Part shown: piece by piece, positions 1 through 11,500 of the stretch
Position numbering within the stretch: the first letter of the stretch is position 1
Layout: each line of letters begins with the position of its first letter
NCBI GenBank assembly: GCA_949287245.1
Contig: CASEFL010000004.1
Span: forward strand, 41,499 to 105,498
Length of the DNA: 64,000 bases
DNA from: an uncultured Bacillota bacterium
Lineage (GTDB): Bacteria; Bacillota_I; Bacilli_A; RFN20; CAG-826
Direction of reading: 5' to 3'
Notes under the pieces: model-generated
Databases searched by the model: none
What the model saw: the letters and a program-made list of their open reading frames with translations, nothing else
What the model was told of the DNA's origin: nothing
Position numbers and translations under genes: made by a program

Positions 1-419
1 TACTTCTTTGGTTCAGGACGCTTTGTTCCATATAAAGAACGTCCTTGACGACGGGCTTCAATACCGGCGCAGTCTAAACAACCGCGAATGATGTGATAAC
101 GAACACCAGGAAGGTCTTTCACACGTCCTCCACGAATAAGAACTGTACTATGTTCTTGGAGGTTATGTCCTTCACCCCCGATATAAGCAGTAACTTCGAA
201 TCCGTTGCTTAAGCGGACACGAGCGTACTTTCTCATCGCGGAGTTTGGCTTCTTTGGTGTCATGGTACCAACACGGGTACAGACGCCTCTTTTTTGCGAA
301 CTTGGTTGACTTGTTTCCCGTTTTGTAAGGCTATTCCATCTCTTGCCAAGGGCAGGAGCTTTACTCTTACTACGGGCAGCTCTACGACCGGTCTTAACGA
401 GTTGGTTAATCGTTGGCAT
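1..419 (-). CDS. rpsL: 30S ribosomal protein S12 (stop codon cut by window edge; absent from ORF track)
   Basis: Manual translation from ATG at 419: [13 protein letters not shown]...[29 protein letters not shown]...[15 protein letters not shown]...RPEPKK, then TA at the edge. Confidence 0.98.
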   Translation of the reverse strand, partial: MPTINQLVKTGRRAARSKSKAPALGKRWNSLTKRETSQPSSQKRGVCTRVGTMTPKKPNSAMRKYARVRLSNGFEVTAYIGGEGHNLQEHSTVLIRGGRVKDLPGVRYHIIRGCLDCAGIEARRQGRSLYGTKRPEPKK

Positions 420-516
420 ACCTTTCTCCTTTTTCCTTTCTTTTTGCACACATAACCGTGTGTGTCATCTCTTCGCTTTTTAAATGCCCATTTAGGGCAA
501 TAAGCGACCGCGAGAA

Positions 517-545
517 ACAATACACGTCTAAAAGGAAAGAAACAA
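517..545 (-). promoter_or_regulatory. Putative sigmaA promoter of rpsL
   Basis: TTGTTT-N17-TATTGT on the minus strand, about 100 nt upstream of the rpsL ATG. Confidence 0.45.
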
Positions 546-621
546 GTAAAACATTTTTAGTTAACCATTTTTTGTTAAACAAGAAACTCTACTTCCCTTT
601 ATAAAAGAAAAGAAAAGATTT

Positions 622-1236
622 TTATCCGACTTCAAAAGTGAAAATATCTCCTTCTCTACTTATGGGAAGAAAATCCAAAGAGTATTGAGATGGATTGTCC
701 CAAGGATTAAAGGAAAGAGGATTCGTTTCACTATTATGAAAAAGAGAAGAGGAAGCCAAAATAGGTCCTAAAAGGAAACAATAAACATCCATCTTTTTAA
801 AACCTTCTCCTTGATCAAGAAAAAGAGAGAAACCATCATTCCCCGTTCCATTTTCTTTTGTTAAGAGAGGGGAATTGGAAGGACCACGATTCCCAAGGAC
901 ATCTTGATAATAAAAATCTGTGCGGGAAACAATCTTATCTCCATCAAGATACCAAATCGTAATTTCCTCTTTTTTAGGCGGCTTTTGCAGGGAAAATACA
1001 GATAATTTCCCTTTGAAGTTTACTGACTCATAACGTTTTTCTTCCTCTTTATAAAGACGGATATTTGTTAAAGAATGTTCTCCATAAGGGAATGCTTGAA
1101 CTTGGGGAAGAAAAAGATGAAGAAATAAAAAGTAACCCCCAAATACAAGGCCTATAACGGTAAATAAGGTTATAAAAATTACCAAAAGAACTTTAATATT
1201 ACTTGTCATTTCCGTTTTTGTTATATAGGCTGGCAT
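622..1236 (-). CDS. Hypothetical protein with a single N-terminal membrane anchor
   Basis: 204-aa ORF; hydrophobic run VLLVIFITLFTVIGLVFGGYFLFLHLFL, then a soluble domain. Confidence 0.7.
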   Translation of the reverse strand: MPAYITKTEMTSNIKVLLVIFITLFTVIGLVFGGYFLFLHLFLPQVQAFPYGEHSLTNIRLYKEEEKRYESVNFKGKLSVFSLQKPPKKEEITIWYLDGDKIVSRTDFYYQDVLGNRGPSNSPLLTKENGTGNDGFSLFLDQGEGFKKMDVYCFLLGPILASSSLFHNSETNPLSFNPWDNPSQYSLDFLPISREGDIFTFEVG

Positions 1237-1266
1237 AAATTCTCAATCCTTAAAAGCTTATTGCCT

Positions 1267-1295
1267 ACTCTATTTCTATAAAAATAAGTATTCAA
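1267..1295 (-). promoter_or_regulatory. Putative sigmaA promoter of the 622..1236 gene
   Basis: TTGAAT-N17-TAGAGT about 30 nt upstream of the ATG. Confidence 0.35.
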
Positions 1296-1410
1296 GATTC
1301 TACCTAGTCCTTTTTATGAGGCTAAAGAAAAATATAAATTTCTCACTATTCTTAAATAAGTGCTTTTAGAAAAAAGTTTTTATTAACAATTCCTCTACTG
1401 ATCTCAAAAG

Positions 1411-2097
1411 TTAAAAAGCGTCACAGGAAAAAGGCCGGATATTTTGTTTTATTCCTTGGTAAATTGCCTGATAAATCACTTCCTCAACGACCTTCCGTTC
1501 CTCTTCTTCAATCGGAGGATAATCTTGGAAAGGATCTTCCCAAGGACAATAGCGAGTATTAAACCAAAGATAAGAATTCTTTCTACTGTAATAAGATAAA
1601 ACGTCTTCTTGATTCTCAATATCGCCTATAAATGGAGTGGGATTGTTATCCTCACGAAGAGAGAAATTAAAAGTAATGGTTCTTTGTTCTGGTGTTAATA
1701 TCCCAACCTCAAAAGAATCTGGAGATAATCTCATGCATTTATCTTCTTCCACGTGTTTAATCCATTCCGAAGTGCTTGGAAGCGTGCAGTCAAAAAAGCA
1801 AGGATCATAGGACCATACTCGCCAATCTAGTTGATATCCTCTAGGGAATATTGGTTTGGTAAAAGGGATGCTATAAAGAGTTCTTTGATAAACAACAATA
1901 TTCTCAAATTGATTATCAAAATTTTCCTTCACGAAAGGCCAAATATCTTCATAACTCATCGAACGCACGGTCATAAGATTAATGCCCACCGCTCCCCGGT
2001 CACAGACATTAGAAGAGGAAGAAATATCCACTTCACTACAACTAATAAGAGACACTAAGGGTAAAAAAGAAAGGAGAATTTTGACAAGTTTCTTCAT
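1411..2097 (-). CDS. Hypothetical lipoprotein
   Basis: MKKLVKILLSFLPLVSLISC: basic N-region, hydrophobic core, lipobox LISC. Confidence 0.75.
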   Translation of the reverse strand: MKKLVKILLSFLPLVSLISCSEVDISSSSNVCDRGAVGINLMTVRSMSYEDIWPFVKENFDNQFENIVVYQRTLYSIPFTKPIFPRGYQLDWRVWSYDPCFFDCTLPSTSEWIKHVEEDKCMRLSPDSFEVGILTPEQRTITFNFSLREDNNPTPFIGDIENQEDVLSYYSRKNSYLWFNTRYCPWEDPFQDYPPIEEEERKVVEEVIYQAIYQGIKQNIRPFSCDAF

Positions 2098-2128
2098 ACA
2101 GTTATTAATTTACAATTAAAAGAAAAAA

Positions 2129-2650
2129 CTAAATAGATTCCCTTAAAATTTCTTCAGGAATTGATTCTTCTTCATGAAATACGGGTTCGGCAAAATTCCC
2201 AATTTTTTGCGCAATAGCCACAATATCGAAAGCACCAAGTTCAATAGTCCCATCTTCTCTAGGAAGGAAAAAATAAGAATGATCAAAATTACCTTCAATA
2301 ACACCGCAATAACGATTGTGTTCTTCACAGTATGAATAACAATCAACAATGTAACGGCGCATCATTCCAAAAGAAGTAAAATCCGCCATCATGCAAATAT
2401 TATATTTCTCTGCTAAACGTTTCGATGATCTGTCTTGAATCACACTATAGTAATAATTTTCTCTTTCTTCGATATACGGCATAATACGAAGATAAGCTTT
2501 TTGGAAAGGCAAACCGCTTATTTCATATAATCCCAATCGGATGGGAGAAACCTCTTCCCTAAGTTTTAAAGGAGAATTACAAGAGGCAAATAAAATGGAG
2601 AAAACAGAGAAAATCGTAAAAATTATCCCTCTTTTACCATGATTTTTCAT
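2129..2650 (-). CDS. Hypothetical lipoprotein (preferred start 2650; ORF track starts at 2761)
   Basis: GGAGG about 10 nt before ATG 2650; MKNHGKRGIIFTIFSVFSILFASC with lipobox FASC. Confidence 0.65.
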   Translation of the reverse strand: MKNHGKRGIIFTIFSVFSILFASCNSPLKLREEVSPIRLGLYEISGLPFQKAYLRIMPYIEERENYYYSVIQDRSSKRLAEKYNICMMADFTSFGMMRRYIVDCYSYCEEHNRYCGVIEGNFDHSYFFLPREDGTIELGAFDIVAIAQKIGNFAEPVFHEEESIPEEILRESI

Positions 2651-3197
2651 AAACAATATAGCCTCCATCCATAGAGCCCCCTGGAGAATGATAAGAGCCA
2701 GAAGGATTACAAATACCGATGATGTAGGTGAAAGTAAAAAAAGTATAGTCATCAAATTCATCTGGTATCATGGGGTAAAATTCATCAATAAAATATAGTA
2801 ATGAGAGTTCCCCGTTATCTAATTCAACGTGAATAGAAGGCTCCTCCTCTTCATAAGAAAAATAACAATTTTGGTGAATTAAGTCCTCTCCTTCAAGCCA
2901 ATAAAAATTAAGAGAGTGATAACAAGATTCTTCAATTTGAGTTAAGCGAGAATCGTAGTAACAATTTTTATTGTTTAAAGATTGGAAAGTCTCTTCGCTT
3001 AACTCCTGGATCGTCATATAAGCGATAATAGGACAATCAGGATAAGCAATGCTTGCTTTTAGAGAATAAATTCCACTTGGAAGGATGGGGAGATTTGTCT
3101 TTAAAGGGGAGGAGGGAAAAAGAAAACTTAAATCATGACAGGAACTTAAAGTAAAAAGGGGAAGAAAGAGAATAGGAATTAAAGAGATTCTACGCAT
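2634..3197 (-). CDS. Hypothetical lipoprotein
   Basis: MRRISLIPILFLPLFTLSSC with lipobox LSSC; overlaps the next gene by 17 nt. Confidence 0.7.
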   Translation of the reverse strand: MRRISLIPILFLPLFTLSSCHDLSFLFPSSPLKTNLPILPSGIYSLKASIAYPDCPIIAYMTIQELSEETFQSLNNKNCYYDSRLTQIEESCYHSLNFYWLEGEDLIHQNCYFSYEEEEPSIHVELDNGELSLLYFIDEFYPMIPDEFDDYTFFTFTYIIGICNPSGSYHSPGGSMDGGYIVYEKSW

Positions 3198-3415
3198 AAA
3201 CTTTTTACCACCACTCTTACTTTATTCCGGCTCATATCTACCCCTAAGCCAGGCTCTGCTTCAAGTAATAAACGGAATCGCGCAGGTGCATGATTTTTGG
3301 ATAAAGTGCCTCTTTCATAGAAAGCATTGCCCGTTAACCTATTCGAATTGTCAACGTTGCCATTTAAACTAGAAAAACAAGACAAAACCGTAATCAGCAA
3401 AGAACTAATTTCCAT
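3179..3415 (-). CDS. Small hypothetical exported protein or remnant
   Basis: AAAGGAG 7 nt before the ATG; first gene after a predicted promoter; MEISSLLITVLSC resembles a weak lipoprotein signal. Confidence 0.45.
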   Translation of the reverse strand: MEISSLLITVLSCFSSLNGNVDNSNRLTGNAFYERGTLSKNHAPARFRLLLEAEPGLGVDMSRNKVRVVVKSLCVESL

Positions 3416-3442
3416 TAAGGACTCCTTTAAAACTCATGCCTA

Positions 3443-3471
3443 ATATTAAAAATTACTTCGGTATGAATCAA
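3443..3471 (-). promoter_or_regulatory. Putative sigmaA promoter of the lipoprotein cluster
   Basis: TTGATT-N17-TAATAT upstream of the RBS at about 3422-3428. Confidence 0.45.
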
Positions 3472-3588
3472 GCGATTCTAATCTACTCACCTATACGAAA
3501 AAGATACAAAAAATCGAGAAAACATCTTTCTTCTTTTCACAAAAAATAAGGAAAACTCTTACAAATAACTTCTTTTATTTTTAAAGAT

Positions 3589-4353
3589 TCACAAAATAGT
3601 TTTCTTCTCCTTCTTTTGAAAATGCATATAGAAAACAAGAAAAAGAATGGTCGTAATAGTAAGCACCACTTGAGGCACGAACATCCCCATATAAACCTCG
3701 CCCATATAGTGATAAGGATCATTAATGTATTCATAATAACCTACACACCACAAAGAAGAACCAATAAGAGAAAAGATGGATGCGATAATCGCATTTACAC
3801 TGCAAATGGAGAAGAACGTGTTCTTTTTAAAGGGAATAAAAAAGCCAACAAGTCCTTCGATAAGAAGAGAAATCACCAAGAGAAAAGCAATAAGATTTAG
3901 AAGTACGCCAAGAAAATAACAAGGATTAGAATGAAGCCACGCACTTCCTTGTAAGACGTTATAAAAATTTAACTCCTCTACCAAAGAAACTTGATAAGAA
4001 GGATTTGATATAGAAGCGACATTTTTCCCTATGGCAGGAAGTGTGTAAAGAGAAAGAACCGCAATCATCAAAAGAAAGAGAAAGAAATAACTATATCTTT
4101 TCTTTGGAAGAGAACGGAAATAATCGATAATCGTCTCGCCTTTTTCTTTCCTTCCATCGCTTTTCCCTAAAAGATAATCCGTACTCACTTCAAATAAGGA
4201 AGATAACTTCATTAAGGTAGAAATATCTGGTTCGGAAAGTCCCAGTTCATATTTTGAAAGAGCTTGCCGAGATAAACCAAGATATTCCGCTAAATCCTCC
4301 TGACTCATTCCCTTTTCTTTCCGTAAGGCAACTAGTCGATCTTTAAATTCCAT
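3589..4353 (-). CDS. XRE/Cro-C1 helix-turn-helix regulator fused to a multi-pass membrane domain
   Basis: LRKEKGMSQEDLAEYLGLSRQALSKYELGLSEPD...STDYLLG is a classic HTH_3; about 4 hydrophobic segments follow. Confidence 0.88.
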   Translation of the reverse strand: MEFKDRLVALRKEKGMSQEDLAEYLGLSRQALSKYELGLSEPDISTLMKLSSLFEVSTDYLLGKSDGRKEKGETIIDYFRSLPKKRYSYFFLFLLMIAVLSLYTLPAIGKNVASISNPSYQVSLVEELNFYNVLQGSAWLHSNPCYFLGVLLNLIAFLLVISLLIEGLVGFFIPFKKNTFFSICSVNAIIASIFSLIGSSLWCVGYYEYINDPYHYMGEVYMGMFVPQVVLTITTILFLVFYMHFQKKEKKTIL

Positions 4354-4452
4354 GCCCTTTCCTCCTTGAAGGTAAAGTATAGCAAAACTCTCTTTTAAGG
4401 TAGCAACCTTCTGTTGCAGGGCGCTCTTTTCTTTTGCACTCTTTTTTCTAAG

Positions 4453-4487
4453 AAAAAAGGCCTTAAAGGATTGCTCCTTTAAAGCCT
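4453..4487 (-). terminator. Intrinsic terminator after rpoC
   Basis: Minus strand GGCTTTAAAGGA-GCAA-TCCTTTAAGGCC followed by a T-run. Confidence 0.85.
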
Positions 4488-4504
4488 AATTTTCAAAAGA
4501 TTAC

Positions 4505-7500
4505 TTAGTCATTAACCCGTTCATGAAGAGCGTCATGATCTTCATAATATTGGTCTTTGACTTCTTTCATTTTTCCTAAGACAGAGAAGTTTGCAAGTCT
4601 TGCTTCTTCCTCTTCTTCGCTTAATAAGCCGGTACCAGCAGGGATTAATCGACCCGTAATGGCGTTTTCCTTTAAGCCGTGGAGAGGATCTTCTTTGCCT
4701 TTAATGGCCGCATCGGTTAAGACACGAGTCGTTTCTTGGAAGGAGGCTGCGCTTAAGAAGGAATCACTACGTAAAGCTGCTTTGGTAATTCCTAAAACGA
4801 TAGAACGACCAACAGCAGGGCGTTTCCCCGCTCGTAACGCTTTCCCGTTTTCCTCCGTGAAACGTTCCACATCCACTTGTGTGCCAGGAAGAAGTTCGGT
4901 CTCCCCTCCATCAATAATATATAACTTACGAAGCATTTGACGGATAATCACTTCTAAGTGTTTATCGGAAATATCAATTCCTTGTAAGGCATATACCTTG
5001 TGGATTTCTTTTAAGAGATAAACCTCCACCTTTTCTGGGCAGGTGTAGTCAATTAAGTCTTGAGGATTAATCGCGCCTTCTGTAATCTTTCCGCCTGCTT
5101 CCACGTGTTGTCCTTTCACCACACGTAAACGTTGACCGTAAGGAGTTGTTACTTCAAAGGTCTCAGGACCATCTTTTTGTTCTTCTGTAGATTCATAATC
5201 AGAAGTGACCACAATCTTAAAGCGGCCATCTCCTAAGTCATCAATAGAAGTAATGGTACCATCAAGTTTAGAAATAATGGCTTCACCTTTTGGATTTCTT
5301 GCTTCTACAAGTTCCTGAACACGAGGCAAACCTTGCGTAATATCACTTCCTGCCGTACCACCGGTATGGAAGACCCGCATCGTTAACTGCGTACCAGGTT
5401 CCCCAATGGACTGGGCAGCCATAATACCAACCGCGTCGCCAATAGCAACCAAACGTCCTGTTGCCATATTTCTTCCATAACAATGTTGACAGACACCATC
5501 TTTTGTTTGGCAAGTGAATAAAGAACGAATTTCCACTTCGGTAATGCCAGCACGAACAATGGCTTTCGCGCTTTCTTCGCTAATCATGGTATTTCCTTTT
5601 ACAAGGAGTTCCCCGCTTGGAGAATAAATATCATGCATGGCAAAGCGGCCAGAAAGACGATCTTCTAACTTCACGATAACCGTGTCTCTTGAAGTGTCGC
5701 GAATCTCACGGACTTTAAAGCCATGGTCACAATGACAATCTTCTTCCCGTACAACAACGTCTTGAGCAACATCGACTAACCGTCTTGTTAAATAACCAGA
5801 GTCCGCGGTTTTTAAAGCCGTATCCGCGCCACCCTTACGGGCACCATGTGTATTAATGAAGAATTCGGCAACCTTTAACCCTTCCCGATAAGAAGAAGTA
5901 ATTGGAAGTTCAATGGTTTCGTTTTTCGGGTTGGCAACGCAACCCTTAATCCCAATTAACTGGGCAAAGTTATCTAAGCTACCACGGGCACCAGAATCCG
6001 ACATAATAACCATGGGGTTTCTGGTATCTTTTGCAAGATAGTCTGCAACTTTCTTCTTTACAGCATCGGTTACATCACGCCACGTATCGGTAACTTTCTT
6101 ATGACGTTCTTCTTCCGAAAGGAAGCCTTTATGATACATACGCGTAATCTTATCGACTTGGGCATTCCCTCGTTCAATATCTTCGCGTTTGCTTTCAATG
6201 GTACGAATATCAGAAATTGCCACCGTAACCGCACTGACGGTGCTGTATTTAAATCCTTGATCTTTAATCTTATCTAAGATTGCGGAAGTTTTTGATGGAC
6301 GAACATCGGTTCCATAAGGAGAAGCCATATCGTATTTTTGGAAAATCATATTAATGATGGTTCCTAATTGCTTCTTCTTAATAGGAGCATGTAAAGTGCG
6401 AGTAGCAAGTTCTGCTTTAATATCGCTTCCTTTTGGTACAAACCACTTTTTCACTTCATCCCAAGAAGCGTTGGGGTTATCCCCGTTAATATAGATAAAG
6501 TCATCTGGGAAAATTTCATTAAAGATAATCTTGCCCACGGTGGTTAATAAATATTGGTCACGGACAGAAGAAGGTAAGGAGGCCTTCTCCGGATCATCAC
6601 CAAAAGTTTTATGTAAAGAAGTTGCACGAATCGCGATACGGTTATGAAGAGAAATTTCTTTGGTTTCATAAGCCTCAATTACCTCTTGTACCGAAGAGAA
6701 CACTTTTCCTTCTAAAGAGGCATAGCGTTCAAATTTCTCGATTTCATCGCTTTCTGCATCTTTTTCCATTTCATCATGGATATGAAGAGCACGCAAAGAT
6801 TCCGCACGCGATAAGAAGTCTTGACGAGATTCTTCTTGGGTAAGGTAGTAGTTACCAAGCACCATGTCCTGAGAGGGAACAACAATAGGTTTCCCATCTT
6901 TTGGCCCAAGAATGTTATTGGAAGCAAGCATTAAGTCTAAGGCTTCCTCTTGGGCTGCTTTTCCTAAAGGAAGATGGACAGCCATCTGGTCCCCGTCAAA
7001 GTCGGCGTTAAAGGCGTTACAAACAAGAGGATGCAAACGAATCGCATGTCCATCTACAAGTTTTGGTTGGAAAGCTTGGATGCCTAAACGGTGAAGAGTA
7101 GGTGCACGGTTGAGTAAGACGGGGTGCTTTTCAATTTCTTCTTCGACAATATCAAAGACGATAGGATCGCGACGATCAATAATCTTATCTGCGATTTTAT
7201 GAGCGCTGGCGTGTTCATCTTTTAATAAACGTGCCGCAATAAATGGACGCAAAAGTTGAATCGCCATTTCTCTTGGTAAACCGCATTGATACATCTTAAG
7301 TTCAGGACCAACGGCAATAACCGAACGTCCAGAATAGTCGACCCGTTTCCCCAGTAAATTTTGACGGAAACGTCCTTGTTTTCCTCTTAAACCACTGCTT
7401 AAGGATTTCAAAGGACGTCCAGAAGGTTCGGTAACAGGCTTATTTCTTCTCCCATTATCAATTAAAGCGTCGACGGATTCTTGAAGCATCCGTTTTTCGT

Positions 7501-8491
7501 TCATCAAGATAACGTGAGGAGCGTGCATATCAATAAGCTTCTTTAAACGAGTATTTCGCGAGATGACTCGACGATACAAATCATTTAAATCCGAAGCGGC
7601 AAAACGACCACCATCTAATTGAAGCATTGGGCGTAAATCAGGAGGTATAACAGGAATAACATCAAGCACCATCCATTCTGGCTTTTGATTCGAATCAATA
7701 AAGGCTTGCACTGCTTCTAAGCGTTTGGCTAATTTCACCCGTTTTTGATTTTTTTGTTCGCCGGAACATTTCGCCATTTCTTCTTTAATTTTGCTGGCTT
7801 CTTCTTTTAAATCGACTTCGGAAAGAAGTTTTTTAATTGCTTCAGCCCCTTCGCCAAAACTAGCCCCTGTTTGTTTGCTAATAAAGGCCGAGGTTGTTGC
7901 AAAATCAAAGGGTTGATTTTCTTGTTCTAAACGAGAAAGAAGGTCTTCCCCCATATGAAGAACATTATCTTCTGTTGCTTTGCTTAAAATATCGTTAATG
8001 GCGGCTTTGAAAGCATCGCGAGCATCCGTTTCGTTTAAAATTTGTTTCTTTCTTAAAAGGGAAGTTCCAGGATCTAAAACGATATGGGCCGCGTAATAAA
8101 CCACCTCTTCTAATTCCTTAGGAGAAACTTCTAAAAGCAAAGCCATCCGTGAAGGAATGCCTTTTAAATACCAAATGTGGGTACAAGGAGAGGTCAATTC
8201 AATATGACCAAAACGTTCTCTTCGCCACTCTTTGGAAATCACTTCTACGCCACATTTTTCACAAGTAATTCCTTGATAACGGACTTTTTTATAACGTCCA
8301 CAGTGGCATTCATAGTCTTTTGCTGGACCAAAGATTTTTTCACAAAATAAACCACCCATTTCCGGTTTTTGGCTCCGGTAATTAATGGTTTCTGGACGAG
8401 TTACTTCTCCGTGAGACCAACTACGGATCGTTTCGGGAGAAGCAAGGCCAACATCCATGGCTTTTAACGTAGTAACATCAAATATTGCCAT
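4505..8491 (-). CDS. rpoC: RNA polymerase beta' subunit
   Basis: NADFDGDQM catalytic motif, Zn finger CHCGRY...[16 protein letters not shown]. Confidence 0.99.
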   Translation of the reverse strand: MAIFDVTTLKAMDVGLASPETIRSWSHGEVTRPETINYRSQKPEMGGLFCEKIFGPAKDYECHCGRYKKVRYQGITCEKCGVEVISKEWRRERFGHIELTSPCTHIWYLKGIPSRMALLLEVSPKELEEVVYYAAHIVLDPGTSLLRKKQILNETDARDAFKAAINDILSKATEDNVLHMGEDLLSRLEQENQPFDFATTSAFISKQTGASFGEGAEAIKKLLSEVDLKEEASKIKEEMAKCSGEQKNQKRVKLAKRLEAVQAFIDSNQKPEWMVLDVIPVIPPDLRPMLQLDGGRFAASDLNDLYRRVISRNTRLKKLIDMHAPHVILMNEKRMLQESVDALIDNGRRNKPVTEPSGRPLKSLSSGLRGKQGRFRQNLLGKRVDYSGRSVIAVGPELKMYQCGLPREMAIQLLRPFIAARLLKDEHASAHKIADKIIDRRDPIVFDIVEEEIEKHPVLLNRAPTLHRLGIQAFQPKLVDGHAIRLHPLVCNAFNADFDGDQMAVHLPLGKAAQEEALDLMLASNNILGPKDGKPIVVPSQDMVLGNYYLTQEESRQDFLSRAESLRALHIHDEMEKDAESDEIEKFERYASLEGKVFSSVQEVIEAYETKEISLHNRIAIRATSLHKTFGDDPEKASLPSSVRDQYLLTTVGKIIFNEIFPDDFIYINGDNPNASWDEVKKWFVPKGSDIKAELATRTLHAPIKKKQLGTIINMIFQKYDMASPYGTDVRPSKTSAILDKIKDQGFKYSTVSAVTVAISDIRTIESKREDIERGNAQVDKITRMYHKGFLSEEERHKKVTDTWRDVTDAVKKKVADYLAKDTRNPMVIMSDSGARGSLDNFAQLIGIKGCVANPKNETIELPITSSYREGLKVAEFFINTHGARKGGADTALKTADSGYLTRRLVDVAQDVVVREEDCHCDHGFKVREIRDTSRDTVIVKLEDRLSGRFAMHDIYSPSGELLVKGNTMISEESAKAIVRAGITEVEIRSLFTCQTKDGVCQHCYGRNMATGRLVAIGDAVGIMAAQSIGEPGTQLTMRVFHTGGTAGSDITQGLPRVQELVEARNPKGEAIISKLDGTITSIDDLGDGRFKIVVTSDYESTEEQKDGPETFEVTTPYGQRLRVVKGQHVEAGGKITEGAINPQDLIDYTCPEKVEVYLLKEIHKVYALQGIDISDKHLEVIIRQMLRKLYIIDGGETELLPGTQVDVERFTEENGKALRAGKRPAVGRSIVLGITKAALRSDSFLSAASFQETTRVLTDAAIKGKEDPLHGLKENAITGRLIPAGTGLLSEEEEEARLANFSVLGKMKEVKDQYYEDHDALHERVND

Positions 8492-8500
8492 ATTTTCTCC

Positions 8501-11500
8501 TTATTCCTCATCAAGTTTATCTTTCAAAGAAAGAGATTCTTCTTCTAAAGCATCCGCAATAGCTGCTTCTTGAATCGCAGCTAAGGCGTGCTCATCTTCT
8601 TGAGAACGAGGCCCAAAATTCCGCATAGAATTGTTGACCCGTCTTTCTTCAATCATCGCTTCCTTTGCTAAGGTGTCGGTATTAATTTCGCTTCTAGATT
8701 CATTTGCGCGGACATCATCATAAAGATGAACATCAAGTCCTAAACCTTTTAATTCTTTGACAAAAACTTTAAAGGCTTCCGGCATGCCAGCGCTTGGAAT
8801 CTCATTGCCTTTAATAATCGCTTCGTAAGCTTTTCTTCTTCCGATGCGATCATCGCTTTTAATCGTAAGCATTTCTTGGAGAGTATGAGCAGCGCCATAA
8901 GCTTCTAACGCCCAGACTTCCATTTCACCAAATCTTTGACCACCATTTTGTGCTTTCCCACCAAGTGGTTGTTGAGTGACTAGGCTATAAGGTCCTGTAG
9001 CCCGCGCGTGAAGTTTATCATCGACCATGTGTACAAGTTTTATCATGTACATGATGCCAACGGAAATTCGTTCATCGTAACGATCTCCGGTTCTTCCATC
9101 ATATAAAACCGCTTTACCATCGCTAGATAAGCCGGCTTTTTCCATGATTTCGAAAAGTTCTTCATTGCTTACCCCATCAAAGACAGGAGTGGCCACACGC
9201 ATGCCAAGTTTATGACAGGCAAGACCAAGGTGAACTTCTAAAATCTGTCCAATGTTCATACGCGAAGGAACACCCATAGGAGAAAGCATGACATCAATTG
9301 GGGTACCATCGGGTAAATATGGCATATCTTCTACAGGTAAGATACGAGAGATAACGCCTTTATTTCCGTGACGACCAGACATCTTATCGCCTTCAGAAAT
9401 CTTTCTTTTTTGGACAATATAAACGCGAACCTTCATCACCACTCCTGGAGGGAGAGGATCTTTATGTTCCCGGGTATAAACTTTAACTTTTAAGACAATT
9501 CCTGCACCTCCATGAGGAACGCGGAGAGAACTATCTTTCATATCGCGAGTTTTCTCATTAAAGATAGCCATTAAAAGCTTTTCTTCTGGAGAAGGATCAC
9601 TTTGTCCTTTAGGGGTAACTTTCCCCACTAAAATATCCCCTTCTTTCACTTCGGCACCAGGGATAATAATTCCTGATTCATCAAGATAAGTTTTGCTTTC
9701 TTCGCCTACATTAGGAATATCGCGGGTAATTTGTTCGGTACCAAGCTTGGTTTCCCGACAATCAATATCATGGGCTTCAATGTGAATGGAGGTATAAATA
9801 TCATCCTTCACCATCCGCTCCGACATAATGACCGCGTCTTCATAGTTATAGCCGTTCCATGTCATATAAGCGACTAAAACGTTTTGTCCTAAGGCAAGTT
9901 CGCCATTTTTCATGGCAGGACCATCAGCAATCACTTGGCCTTCTTTTACCACATCTCCCTCTTTCACGATAGGATTTTGGTTAATGCAGGTGCCATTATT
10001 CGAACGATCAAATTTTTGTAACTTATAAACTCGTTCATTCCCATCTTCTTCGCGAACAATAATTGTCGAAGAATCACGATAAATAACAACGCCACCCTTA
10101 TAAGCACAAACAGCAAGACCAGAGTCTTTGGCAATTACTCCTTCTAAACCAGTTCCTACATAAGAAAGAGCAGGGCGGAGCAAAGGAAGAGCTTGCCGCT
10201 GCATGTTTGCACCCATGAGTGCCCGGTGACAGTCATCGTTTTCTAAGAAAGGAATACATGCGGTAGCAATCGAAACAATTTGTTTTGGCGAAACGTCAAC
10301 ATACTCCACTAAGGAAGCAGGAATCACTACGTTATCTTCGTCATGACGAGCAACCACTTCATCAGAAATAATTTCTTTAACTTCTAAAGGTCCTTCCCCT
10401 TCAAAGTCAATCGTCACTGGAGCGCCTAAAGAAATATTGGCCTCGGCAATATAGTGTCCTCTTTCAGCATCCGCGGATAAGTAAGTTGCCTTATCCGAAA
10501 CATAATAATGTTCAACTCCGTTTTCATCTTTTTTGTGGAAGACGATACGGTAAGGAGTTTCAATAAAGCCATGCGCATTAATCTTGGCATAAGTGGCTAA
10601 ATTTGAAATTAAACCAATGTTTTGTCCTTCTGGAGTTTCAATTGGACAAATTCGGCCATAATGGGTGTAGTGAACGTCACGCACTTCCATGCTGGCGCGG
10701 TCTCTTGTTAATCCGCCAGGACCTAAAGCAGAAATTCTTCGCTTATTGGCAAGTTCGGCTAAAGGATTGGTTTGATCCATGAACTGCGAAAGTTGCGAAC
10801 TAGCAAAGAAATCACGAACGGCTTTCGTTAATTGACGGGTATTAATTAAAGCATTGGGCTTCACTTCGTGTAAGTCTGGCATAATGGACATTTTTTGTTG
10901 AACCGTTTTGCTCATTTTCGTAAGACCAATGCGGAATTGAGTTTGTAAAAGTTCACCAACACAGCGCACGCGACGATTGCCTAAATGGTCGATATCGTCT
11001 GTATCGCCAATGCCAAATTGCAAATTATTAAAGTAAGAAAAGCAAGCAACCATGTCCGAAATGGTGACCCGGGCCACAGGAATTTCGTTCGTATAAATTC
11101 CATTAAGATTAATATCGGTTCCAACAAGAGGAACAATGGCCCCATCCGCCTTATCGAAAGCATGAACGCGGACTAAGGTTACATCGCTATGGTTATCAAT
11201 TTCATTATCCGTCTCTAAATGAATCAGATGTGCGCCCTGCTCAAAGAATTGGGCATCACGAAGCTCATCAACATCGCTTTCGCTTAATTGATAGCCTTCA
11301 ACAAAGGGAACGCCTGCTTTCGAAACAAATACTTCTCCATCTTTGCTGACTAAGGGTTCAGCTAAAATACGGCCTTTTAACCGGGAATAAATTCCTAATT
11401 TTTGTGTGTATTTAAAACGGCCCGCTTTCCCTAAATCATAACGTTTATCATCAAAGAATTTTTGAATGATAAAGTTTCGGGAACCTGCAGAAGTAACAGG

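Noticed and set aside
260-310. S12 variants SSQKRG (usually SPQKRG) and NSAMRK as possible streptomycin resistance
   Set aside because: The key residues in TPKKPNS and RVKDLPG are intact, and I cannot link these substitutions to a phenotype.
260-604. ORFs 260..520(-) and 413..604(+)
   Set aside because: They are an alternative frame of rpsL and an antisense read of its leader; the true S12 frame is 1..419.
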